Source: Betaproteobacteria bacterium | GTDB taxonomy: Bacteria > Pseudomonadota > Gammaproteobacteria > Burkholderiales > SG8-41 | DNA: 28,239 nt | Direction: 5' to 3' | Assembly: GCA_020028375.1 (NCBI GenBank) | Contig: JAHZNX010000001.1 | Location: forward strand, 1 to 28,239 | Part shown: positions 1-8,040 of the stretch, piece after piece | Numbering within the stretch: the stretch's first letter is position 1 | Layout: the number at the start of each line of letters is the position of its first letter | Program-made: the position numbers and the translations under genes | The notes under the pieces: generated by a model | Seen by the model: the letters and a program-made list of their open reading frames with translations, nothing else | Database searches by the model: none | What the model was told of the DNA's origin: nothing

Positions 1-2
1 GC

Positions 3-1712
3 ATGGCCGAACAGCGCAAGAAACTCCGCCTCGGCGAACTGCTGGTGCAGCAGGGGCTGATCACCACCGATCAGCTCTCGATCGTTCTCGCCGAGCAGCG
101 CCACAACAACATCCCCATCGGCCGCCTGCTGGTGCGGCTCGGCTTCGTCACGGAAAGCGCCATCCGCGACATCATGGCGCGCACCATCGGCCAGGAGGCG
201 ATCGACCTGGCGCAGGTGGTTGCCGACCCCGAGGCGCTCAAGCTCGTCTCGCAGGATTTCGCCCGTCGCAACCGCGTGCTGCCGATCGCCTACGATCCCG
301 CGGATCAGGTGCTCACCGTCGCCACCACCGAGATCTTCAACGTGGTGGCGATGGACCAGTTGCGCGCGATGCTCGGCCCGCAGATCGAGATCAAGACTCA
401 GCTCGCGAGCGAGGCGCAGCTCGAGGACTATACCGATCACTTCTACGGCTACGAGCTCTCGGTCGACGGCATCCTGAAGGAGATCGAGACCGGCGAGATT
501 GACTACGAGAGCCTGCAGGTGGCGGGCGGTGGCGACGAGTACACGCAGCCGATGGTGCGACTGGTCAACGCGTTGATGGTGGACGCGGTGAAGCGCGGCG
601 CGTCCGACATCCATTTCGAGCCCGAGTATGCCTTCCTGCGCATCCGTTACCGCATCGACGGCGTGCTGGAGACCGTGCGGAGCCTGCACAAGACGTACCT
701 GCCGGGCATCACGGTGCGCGTGAAAGTGGTGAGCGCCATGAACATTGCCGAGACGCGAGCACCGCAGGACGGGCGGCTTTCGCTGACGTTGAATGGCCGG
801 CCGATTGACTTCCGCGTGTCCACCCAGCCCACGATCTACGGCGAGAACATCGTCCTGCGCGTGCTCGACCGTGAAAAGTCGATCATCAGCCTCGAGCGCA
901 TGCGGCTTTCCAAGCAGACGACGGACAAGATCAACCTCATGCTCGCGCGCCCCGAGGGCATCCTGATCGTCACCGGTCCCACCGGCAGCGGCAAGACCAC
1001 GACCCTCTATTCATTGCTATCGCAGGTAAACGACGAAACCGTAAACATCATGACCCTGGAAGACCCGGTCGAGTACCCGTTGACGCTCATGCGGCAGACC
1101 TCCGTGGGCGAGGTCGCACGCATGGACTTCGCGGACGGCATCCGCTCGATCATGCGCCAGGACCCGGACATCATCCTGGTGGGCGAGGTACGCGACAAGG
1201 AAACCGCCGAGATGGCGTTCCGCGCCGCGATGACCGGCCATCAGGTGTTCACCACGCTGCACACGAACTCGGCGCTCGGCGCCTTCCCGCGCCTGCTCGA
1301 CATCGGGATTCAACCCGAAATCATGGCGGGCAACATCATCGGCGTGATCGCGCAGCGCCTGGTGCGCGTGCTGTGCACGCACTGCAAGGAAGCCTACGCG
1401 CCGTCCCGGGAGGAGCGCCAGCTGCTCGGGCCCGCGGGGGAAAAGGTCTCGTTCCTGCACCGCCCGGTCGGCTGCAAGCAATGCGACAACAAGGGCTTCA
1501 AGGGCCGCAGCGCCATCATGGAGATGCTGGTGATGGACAGCGACCTCGACGAGCTGGTGGCGCGCAGAGCGACGGCGAAGGAGTTACGCGCGGCGGCCAT
1601 GACCAAGGGCTTCCGCTCGCTCTCGGACGAAGGCCTGCAGCGGGCGGTGGACGGCACGACGAGCTTGACCGAGGTGGCGCGCGAGATCGATCTCACCGGG
1701 CGCTACCGCTAG
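3..1712 (+). CDS. GspE/PilB/MshE-family type IV filament assembly ATPase with N-terminal MshEN (c-di-GMP-binding) domain
   Basis: Walker A GPTGSGKTT, Asp box EDPVE, Walker B ILVGEVRD, His box TTLHTN, Zn-binding CTHC...CKQC. N-terminal RLGELLVQQGLITTDQLSIVLAEQ matches the MshEN consensus. Family is clear; pilB vs gspE vs mshE assignment is not. Confidence 0.95.
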   Translation: MAEQRKKLRLGELLVQQGLITTDQLSIVLAEQRHNNIPIGRLLVRLGFVTESAIRDIMARTIGQEAIDLAQVVADPEALKLVSQDFARRNRVLPIAYDPADQVLTVATTEIFNVVAMDQLRAMLGPQIEIKTQLASEAQLEDYTDHFYGYELSVDGILKEIETGEIDYESLQVAGGGDEYTQPMVRLVNALMVDAVKRGASDIHFEPEYAFLRIRYRIDGVLETVRSLHKTYLPGITVRVKVVSAMNIAETRAPQDGRLSLTLNGRPIDFRVSTQPTIYGENIVLRVLDREKSIISLERMRLSKQTTDKINLMLARPEGILIVTGPTGSGKTTTLYSLLSQVNDETVNIMTLEDPVEYPLTLMRQTSVGEVARMDFADGIRSIMRQDPDIILVGEVRDKETAEMAFRAAMTGHQVFTTLHTNSALGAFPRLLDIGIQPEIMAGNIIGVIAQRLVRVLCTHCKEAYAPSREERQLLGPAGEKVSFLHRPVGCKQCDNKGFKGRSAIMEMLVMDSDLDELVARRATAKELRAAAMTKGFRSLSDEGLQRAVDGTTSLTEVAREIDLTGRYR

Positions 1713-1721
1713 CGCGGAACC

Positions 1722-2930
1722 GTGCCTTCCTACGAGTACAAGGCAGTCGACAAGACCGGCCGGCCGGCGCGCGGGGCGCTCGAGGCGGTCAATGAAGTGG
1801 ATCTCGAGCTGCGCCTGCGGCGCATGGGGCTCGATCTCATCACCTTCCGGCAGGTCGAGCGTCAGTCCCGCATATTCGCCGCCGGCGGCAGGATCACGCG
1901 CCAGGACCTCATCAATTTCTGCTTCGACATGGAGCAGATGGCGCGCTCCGGCATCCCGATCCTCGATGGCCTGCGCGATATGCGCGAATCGATGGACAAT
2001 CCGCGATTCCGCGACGTGCTGACCGCGATGACCGAGGACATGGAAGGCGGCAAAGTGCTTTCGCAATGCATGGCCAACCATTCCACGGTATTCGATAATG
2101 TCTTCGTCAGCCTGGTCCGGGCGGGCGAGCAGTCCGGCCAGCTTCCGGAGGTGTTCAAGAACCTGGCGGACAACCTCAGGTGGCTCGACGAGCTCATTTC
2201 ACAGACGCGCCGGCTGATGATCCTGCCCCTCATCACGCTCGTCGTGGTGCTCGGCGTGCTGATCGCGCTCCTGATCTTCCTCGTTCCGCAGATTGCGCAG
2301 CTGTTCAAGACCATGGGCCTCGCGCTTCCCGTGCAGACCCAGGTGCTCATCGTGATTTCGGGGTTCATGACCCAGTACTGGTACGTGGTTTTCGGGCTTC
2401 CGGTCGTGGTGTTCGTGGTTCTGGCCACGGCGGTCCAGCGCAGCCAGCGGGCCGCCTACATGTGGGACTATGCGAAGCTGCGCTTGCCGCTCGTCGGGCC
2501 GACGCTTCTCAAGATCATCCTGTCGCGCTTCGCGAATGTCTTCGCGCTCCTCTACCGGTCGGGCATCACCGTGCTGGACGCCATCAAGACGAGCGAAGAC
2601 GTCGTGAACAACCGCGTCATCTCGGACGGTCTGGTGCGGGCGGGTCAACAGATCACCGCGGGGGAAAGCCTGAGCGAGACCTTCCAGAACCTGGGTGTTT
2701 TCCCGCCGCTCGTCATTCGCATGCTGCGGGTGGGCGAGAACACCGGCGCGCTCGACAGCGCGCTCATGAACATCACCTATTTCTACAACCGGGACGTCAA
2801 GGAATCGGTGGACAGGGCACAGAAAATGCTGGGTCCGGCAATGACCCTCGTGCTGGGTGGACTGCTCGGCTTCGTCGTCTGGGCCGTGCTGGGGCCGGTG
2901 TATGATATCTTAGGGAAGATCAAGTTTTAA
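1722..2930 (+). CDS. GspF/PilC/MshG-family inner-membrane platform protein
   Basis: N-terminal YEYKAVDKTGRPARGALEA, two GspF-like domains (LVRAGEQSGQL; MLRVGENTGAL), three hydrophobic segments, directly follows the ATPase; GTG start. Confidence 0.95.
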   Translation: MPSYEYKAVDKTGRPARGALEAVNEVDLELRLRRMGLDLITFRQVERQSRIFAAGGRITRQDLINFCFDMEQMARSGIPILDGLRDMRESMDNPRFRDVLTAMTEDMEGGKVLSQCMANHSTVFDNVFVSLVRAGEQSGQLPEVFKNLADNLRWLDELISQTRRLMILPLITLVVVLGVLIALLIFLVPQIAQLFKTMGLALPVQTQVLIVISGFMTQYWYVVFGLPVVVFVVLATAVQRSQRAAYMWDYAKLRLPLVGPTLLKIILSRFANVFALLYRSGITVLDAIKTSEDVVNNRVISDGLVRAGQQITAGESLSETFQNLGVFPPLVIRMLRVGENTGALDSALMNITYFYNRDVKESVDRAQKMLGPAMTLVLGGLLGFVVWAVLGPVYDILGKIKF

Positions 2931-2949
2931 CGCATTGATTCGTGGATAC

Positions 2950-3016
2950 TAAATGGCGAATCGTGACGATATGCCGCGGTCCGGGGGACCAGACCCCTTA
3001 CCATTCACCATTCACG
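2950..3016. repeat. Degenerate heptamer inverted-repeat element (TGAATGG / CCATTCA)
   Basis: Right arm CCCCTTA CCATTCA CCATTCA CG (2994-3016); degenerate left arm TAAATGG CGAATCG TGA (2950-2966), 13/17 complementary by hand alignment; small hairpin GGTCC-GGG-GGACC (2978-2990) in the spacer. Confidence 0.5.
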
Positions 3017-3031
3017 ACGCGCGGAACCTGA

Positions 3032-4603
3032 ATGGCTGACAAGCTCCTCATCGGCGTCTCGGCGCCAGTCGTCACGGCCGCGCACTGGCGCGGCGGGAGG
3101 ATCGCCGAGTGCCTGACCTTCGCCAATGACGAAGGCGGCCAGGCGGACTTCAAGGAGTACCTCGCCCGGCTCGTCGACATGCCCGCCTACATCACGGTGG
3201 ACGCCGTCGAGGAGGATTACCGCTTCGAGACCCTGCCGCACGCGTTCGGCAGCGACCGCGCGGAAATGGTCTCCCGCAAGCTCAAGCAGCACTACCGCAA
3301 TACGCAGTATATGGCCGCCACGCCGCTCGGCCGCGACCCGGGCAAGCGGCGCGACGACCGTTATCTCTTCTCGGCGCTCACCAACTCGGAGCTGATCGCG
3401 GACTGGCTGCAGGCAGTGACCGCGCGCGGGATGCCGATCGCGGGGATCTACCTGCTGCCGATGGTAAGTGCGGAACTGCTCGGCAGGCTCGACGTGAAGG
3501 CGACCAACCTGCTGCTGGTCGCGCAGCATGCCACGGGACTGCGGCTCACCTTCTTCCGCGACCGCCAGTTCCGCCTGAGCCGGCTGACGCGCGGGGATGG
3601 CGGCAGGCCCGAGAACCGGACTCGCTACTTCATCGAAGAGATTTCCAATACGCGGCTCTACCTGCACGCGCTGCGCACGATGACGCTCGACGAGCACCTC
3701 GCGGTGCTGCTGATCGACCGCGGCGACGAGCTGCAGGAGGAGGCTGCGGGAATCGCGCGCGACAACCCGAGCCTGGAGTGCGCGCGCATCGGCCGCGGCG
3801 AGCTCTCGAGCCGCCTCGGCCTCGACAATGCGCTGCTCGATGCTTCGCCCTATTCGATCTACCTCCACCTGCTCGGGCTGAAGACGCCGCCCAGCAACCT
3901 CGCGCCGGCAAGCGCGATGGTGGGCTACAGGCGCTATCAGGCGCGGCGTGCGATTTATGCAGGCTGCGGCGCGCTGGCGGCCGCGGCCGCCGTGTGGACC
4001 GGCACGAATCTCTACAACACGGTGAAGCTCAATTGGGATCGGGAGGACGCCGCGCGCCAGACTGGGGTGCTGGCCGCCCAGTACCAGGAGATCACGCGCC
4101 AGTTTCCGCAGGCCCCGACCTCGGCCGAGAACCTGAAAAAGACGGTCGAGATCTCGCAGCAGCTCCAAGCGACCGCCCATTCGCCCCAAAAAGTAATGGC
4201 GCTTCTGGGCCGTGCGCTGGACCGGAGCCCCGCCATCATCATCCGGGAATTGACCTGGAAGTACGGTATCGCGGAAATTCCTGTCGAGGGCTCGGGAGGC
4301 CGTCAGGCCACTCCGCCCGATCGGACGCCAGTTACCTCGGTGCCCGTCGGGCAGCGCAAGGAGAGCGCGCTCATCGATGGCGAGGTCCGGCCGTTCCGCG
4401 GCGATTACCGCAGCGCCATCGACACCATCAACGGTTTCGCCGACCGGCTGCGCGACGAGCCGGAAGTCGCCGAGGCGAGGGTGGTAAAGCTTCCCCTCAA
4501 CGTCAGTCCCTCGCTGTCCCTCTCGGGCAACACGCTCGACAACCCCGAGCAGGGCGGCACGGCGGAATTCAAACTGCTGCTAGTCCTCACGCCCGCAAGA
4601 TGA
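3032..4603 (+). CDS. Putative GspL-like / PilM-PilN fusion alignment-complex protein
   Basis: About 300 aa soluble N-terminal region (LLLVAQHATGLRLTFFRDRQFRLSRL, PilM/actin-like pattern), one TM helix (AIYAGCGALAAAAAVW), coiled-coil and periplasmic C-terminus; position after the platform gene. Fold assignment is inference. Confidence 0.7.
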   Translation: MADKLLIGVSAPVVTAAHWRGGRIAECLTFANDEGGQADFKEYLARLVDMPAYITVDAVEEDYRFETLPHAFGSDRAEMVSRKLKQHYRNTQYMAATPLGRDPGKRRDDRYLFSALTNSELIADWLQAVTARGMPIAGIYLLPMVSAELLGRLDVKATNLLLVAQHATGLRLTFFRDRQFRLSRLTRGDGGRPENRTRYFIEEISNTRLYLHALRTMTLDEHLAVLLIDRGDELQEEAAGIARDNPSLECARIGRGELSSRLGLDNALLDASPYSIYLHLLGLKTPPSNLAPASAMVGYRRYQARRAIYAGCGALAAAAAVWTGTNLYNTVKLNWDREDAARQTGVLAAQYQEITRQFPQAPTSAENLKKTVEISQQLQATAHSPQKVMALLGRALDRSPAIIIRELTWKYGIAEIPVEGSGGRQATPPDRTPVTSVPVGQRKESALIDGEVRPFRGDYRSAIDTINGFADRLRDEPEVAEARVVKLPLNVSPSLSLSGNTLDNPEQGGTAEFKLLLVLTPAR

Positions 4604-5214
4604 ACCAAGCCGACCTCCAGGCGTTGCGAAACCCGCTCCTCGCGCTCGCGGCCGTGGCGCTGATCGGAGCGCTGGCCGTCTACTATTCCGGGCGCCTGAT
4701 GATTTCGGCGCGCCAGCTCCTCGCACAGCAACAGGTCCAACTCAAGGATGCGCAGACCCGCCTTCAGAGATCGGGGGACGAAAAGGACGTCATCGTGCGC
4801 TATATCGGCGGCTTCCGCCAGCTGGAGCGCACCGGGTTTGTAGGCGACGAGCAGCGCATCAACTGGCTCGACGGACTGCGGCTCGCCAACCAGCAGGCGG
4901 ACCTGTTTGGGGTGGATTACCAGATCGGGGCACAGAAACCCTACGCATTCGCTTCCGAATTCAGTCCCGGGGCGCTCGCGCTGAATGAATCGACCATGCG
5001 CGTCAGGTTCCGCCTGCTGCATGAAGGGGACCTGGGGCGATTCTTCGATGCGCTCGCGCGCCAGGGCACCGGGATCTTCACCATCGACCAGTGCCAGCTG
5101 CGGCGCATCGACACCGGCGGCGTGATCCGCTACCAGCCGAACGTCAGCGCAGAATGCGACCTTTCGTGGATTACCGTGAAAGTGGGCGCGGGCGGAGCGC
5201 AGAAAAAACCGTGA
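4600..5214 (+). CDS. Putative PilO/GspM-like bitopic alignment protein (204 aa)
   Basis: ATG at 4600 overlaps the upstream TGA (ATGA); N-terminal TM (LLALAAVALIGALAVYY), coiled coil, beta-rich C-terminus (MRVRFRLLHEGDLGRFFDAL; AECDLSWITV). The first 822 nt of track ORF 3778..5214 are a shadow of the upstream gene. Confidence 0.7.
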   Translation: MNQADLQALRNPLLALAAVALIGALAVYYSGRLMISARQLLAQQQVQLKDAQTRLQRSGDEKDVIVRYIGGFRQLERTGFVGDEQRINWLDGLRLANQQADLFGVDYQIGAQKPYAFASEFSPGALALNESTMRVRFRLLHEGDLGRFFDALARQGTGIFTIDQCQLRRIDTGGVIRYQPNVSAECDLSWITVKVGAGGAQKKP

Positions 5215-5306
5215 CGGGTGACCCTTCGACCCTTCGATCCTTCGACAGGCTCAGGACAGGCCTGCTCAGGACATGCCTACTCAGGACAGGCTCGTGATGC
5301 GTGACT
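5210..5306. repeat. CGTGAC-type heptamer array interrupted by a stuttered CCTTCGACAGGCTCAGGAC REP-like element
   Basis: CGTGACG GGTGACC (5210-5223), then CCCTTCGA CCCTTCGA TCCTTCGA CAGGCTCAGGA CAGGCCTGCTCAGGA CATGCCTACTCAGGA CAGGCTC (5222-5293), then CGTGATG CGTGACT (5293-5306). Confidence 0.75.
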
Positions 5307-5956
5307 GGAAAATAAGCCTCGTTGTATGCTGTGCGCTTGCCGCAGCGGCGATGTCGGTGCCGGCGTCCGCCCAGGAACGGCTCGGCCGGCTGTTTTTCAC
5401 CCCTGCGCAGCGCGCGTCGCTCGACGTCGCGCGCAGCCAGCGCGCGCGCGCCGCAGTCGCCACCGAGAAATCCGAGCAGGACGCCACGCCGGTCCCGCAG
5501 ACCATCACCTACAGTGGTGTCCTGCGCCGCAGCGACGGCAAGACCACCGTCTGGATCAACAACCAGCCCGTGCACGACCGGGAGTCGGCGGGCGCCGCCG
5601 CGATCGTCGGGCGTGTCAGGCCAGACGGCAGCGTCACGCTGCAGGTGCCCCAGACCGGCCGCAGCGTCAGCCTCAAGCCCGGACAAAGTGTCGAGCTGCT
5701 GTCGGGCGCCGTCGAGGAAGCCTATTCGCGCCGGTTCGAAGCCTCCAAGCCCGAGCCCAAGCCGGCGGCCAAACCGGCGGCCAAGGCTGCGGACGCCAAG
5801 TCCGCCAAGCCCCCCGCGCCCGACCGCGCCGCGGAGCGGGAACGCGAGGAACGCGAATCCCAGCGCCTGGAAGACGCCATCTCGCGGGCGCTCACGGAGA
5901 CGGCAAGCGCCCGGCCAGGCGCTGCACCGGTCCCCGCAGTCCCGGCGAAACCGTAA
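5297..5956 (+). CDS. Exported hypothetical protein of the pilus cluster (PilP/GspC-like position), Pro/Ala/Lys-rich C-terminal tail
   Basis: Signal peptide (SLVVCCALAAAAMSVPASA/QE), then LGRLFFTPAQRASLD and ITYSGVLRRSDGKTTVWINN segments and a low-complexity tail. ATG 5297 chosen because the track start 5273 lies inside the repeat. Confidence 0.7.
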   Translation: MRDWKISLVVCCALAAAAMSVPASAQERLGRLFFTPAQRASLDVARSQRARAAVATEKSEQDATPVPQTITYSGVLRRSDGKTTVWINNQPVHDRESAGAAAIVGRVRPDGSVTLQVPQTGRSVSLKPGQSVELLSGAVEEAYSRRFEASKPEPKPAAKPAAKAADAKSAKPPAPDRAAEREREERESQRLEDAISRALTETASARPGAAPVPAVPAKP

Positions 5957-5961
5957 CTGCA

Positions 5962-7113
5962 ATGTCCTTCGATTCGCGTCGCGCACGCCCTTCCCGCCGT
6001 CGTTTCCAGCGCGGGCAGGCGGCGCTGATGGTGGTGATGCTGGTCGGAATAGCGGCCGTGCTGCTGGTCTACGGCATGGTCGATACCACCTCAGCCGCCC
6101 TCCGGCGCGACCAGGATACAGCGGCGTTGCTCGCGCAAGCCAAGCAGGCGCTGATCGGGCGAGCCGTTGCGGACAGCACCCGGCCGGGCTCGCTGCCCTG
6201 CCCCGATATCGATGATGACGGCAGCGCCGAGTCCACGGTTGCCTACGGCGGAGTCTGCCCGAATTACATCGGCAGGCTGCCATGGAAGACTCTCGGGCTG
6301 CCGGATCTGCGGGACGCAAGCGGCGAGCGTCTCTGGTATGCCCTGTTCCCGGCGTTTCGCGACCATTCGTCGGCCGGGATGCTCGACGTCGACACCAAGG
6401 GCGGCCTCACCGTTTATCAAGACAGCTCCGCGACCGTGGTTACCCTCCAAGCGGTAGCCGTCATCTTCGCGCCGGGGCTGGTGATTGCGGGCCAAAACCG
6501 CGATCCAGCCAGCGCGAATAACCCGGCGAACTACCTCGACGCGACGGGTGGCGTCAACAATGCGATCGCCGGCGGCCCGTTCATCGGCGCGCAGCCCTCG
6601 AGTACATTCAACGACAAACTTCTCGTCATCACGACAGCGGATTTGATGCCGCCGGTCGAGCGACGCGTTGCCCGGGAGATGCTTGCGCTGCTGCAGAGCT
6701 ACCGCTCATTGAGCGCGTGCGCCTGCTACCCGTGGGCATCCAACGATTTCGACGACGACAGCGTCACCGGCCGGTTTCGTGGCATGGTTCCGATCGAAGA
6801 TGCTTTGCCGGAATCATGGGGGTCGCTGGGACTCACCGTCCCGCCCTGGATAATCGGGACCAACGAATGGGGAAAACGTTTCTATTATGCTATCGCGCCC
6901 AACGAATCGGAGAACAAGACGGGAGGCACGCTCACGGTTGATGGCGCCGCCAAGAATCTAGTGCTGATCACCACAGGTCCTGCCGGCGCAAGCCGTCCCA
7001 GCTCCAACTTGTCCGACTATGTGGACGACGCCGAAAACAGCGACGGCGACAACACATTTCAGACGCCCTCGTCTCCTGCGTATGCGCGCGACCGGCTCTA
7101 CACCATCCCCTAG
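5962..7113 (+). CDS. PilX/GspK-like large minor pilin with two tandem pilin-type globular repeats (383 aa)
   Basis: Basic leader ending FQRG followed by hydrophobic helix QAALMVVMLVGIAAVLLVYG, no Glu5 (typical of PilX/GspK); motif GSLPCPD...GRLPWKTLGL...D.SGERLWYA; ATG 5962 is 5 nt after the upstream TAA. The upstream part of track ORF 5326..7113 is shadow. Confidence 0.75.
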   Translation: MSFDSRRARPSRRRFQRGQAALMVVMLVGIAAVLLVYGMVDTTSAALRRDQDTAALLAQAKQALIGRAVADSTRPGSLPCPDIDDDGSAESTVAYGGVCPNYIGRLPWKTLGLPDLRDASGERLWYALFPAFRDHSSAGMLDVDTKGGLTVYQDSSATVVTLQAVAVIFAPGLVIAGQNRDPASANNPANYLDATGGVNNAIAGGPFIGAQPSSTFNDKLLVITTADLMPPVERRVAREMLALLQSYRSLSACACYPWASNDFDDDSVTGRFRGMVPIEDALPESWGSLGLTVPPWIIGTNEWGKRFYYAIAPNESENKTGGTLTVDGAAKNLVLITTGPAGASRPSSNLSDYVDDAENSDGDNTFQTPSSPAYARDRLYTIP

Positions 7114-7185
7114 AATGTTGTCGAACTCTTGCGCCCGTAAGATCCCGACCAACACCTTTACAGACGAATCGACGGCCAATCCGCC

Positions 7186-8040
7186 ATGATTTCCACCCTG
7201 CCCGATCACCCGCACAGTTCCGTGAGGAACTTTTTAGCGTGGACTTCCCGCGGTTCGTCGAAAGATCTTGTCTCGGGAATTTTCCGCGCCGGGTCGCGGC
7301 AGATTTCTCGAGGCTTCACGCTGGTCGAGATCGCGATCGCCGTATTCATCATCGCACTTCTGCTCGGCAGCATCCTGGTTCCGCTTACTACCCAGGTCGA
7401 GCAGCGCCAGGTGAGCGAGACGCAGAAGATGCTGGAGGACATCAAGGAGGCACTGGTCGGCCACGCCGTGGCCAAGGGATATTTTCCGTGCACTGACAAG
7501 ACTTCGGGCGCGACCACCGGCCCCAATGACACGCCCAATGACGGGGTCGAGGATATCAACACGGCGACGGGAGTCTGCATCAGCAGCGCGGCGGGCAACG
7601 TGCCGTGGCAGACCCTCGGACTCGGCGCGGCTGACCCCTGGGGCAATCGTTTCCGCTACCGCGTGGATACCAACTACTCGCGGCGCTCGCCCGCGACTCC
7701 ATTCAATCTGACTACTGCGGCCGGACTTGTCGTCTGCTCAACCTGGTCGGGGTGCCCGGGGACGAGCTCGGTGCGGCTCACGCCCGCCAGTCCGGATGCC
7801 GCGGTCGCGGTGATCATTTCGCACGGCAAGAATGGACTCGGCGCCATGAGTGCGCAAACCGGCGCCTTGAACCCCACGCCGAGCAGCTTTGACGAAACGG
7901 GCAATTACTCCGGTGGTCCCTTCGTGAGCCGCATCCACACTCCGGTGGGTTCCACGCCTGGAGAATTCGACGACGTGGTGACCTGGCTCGGCAAGTACAC
8001 GCTCTACAATCGCATGGTCGCCGCCGGCAAGCTGCCCTAA
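7186..8040 (+). CDS. Prepilin-type (class III signal) minor pilin/pseudopilin
   Basis: ISRG/FTLVEIAIAVFIIALLLGSILVPL with Gly-1, Phe+1, Glu5; GYFPCTD...GNVPWQTLGL...DPWGNRFRY motif. Start uncertain (ATG 7186 or GTG 7222). Confidence 0.88.
   Translation: MISTLPDHPHSSVRNFLAWTSRGSSKDLVSGIFRAGSRQISRGFTLVEIAIAVFIIALLLGSILVPLTTQVEQRQVSETQKMLEDIKEALVGHAVAKGYFPCTDKTSGATTGPNDTPNDGVEDINTATGVCISSAAGNVPWQTLGLGAADPWGNRFRYRVDTNYSRRSPATPFNLTTAAGLVVCSTWSGCPGTSSVRLTPASPDAAVAVIISHGKNGLGAMSAQTGALNPTPSSFDETGNYSGGPFVSRIHTPVGSTPGEFDDVVTWLGKYTLYNRMVAAGKLP
7216..7235 (+). terminator. Intrinsic terminator-like hairpin inside the 5' end of the minor pilin ORF
   Basis: AGTTCC-GTGA-GGAACT followed by TTTT; 6-bp stem with GNRA loop. 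Confidence 0.35.

Noticed and set aside
3778-4599. N-terminal extensions of track ORFs 3778..5214, 5326..7113, 15534..16745, 11585..12394 and 21463..22377
   Set aside because: They overlap real upstream genes, repeats or promoters; better starts exist at 4600, 5962, 16146, 11708 and 21541.
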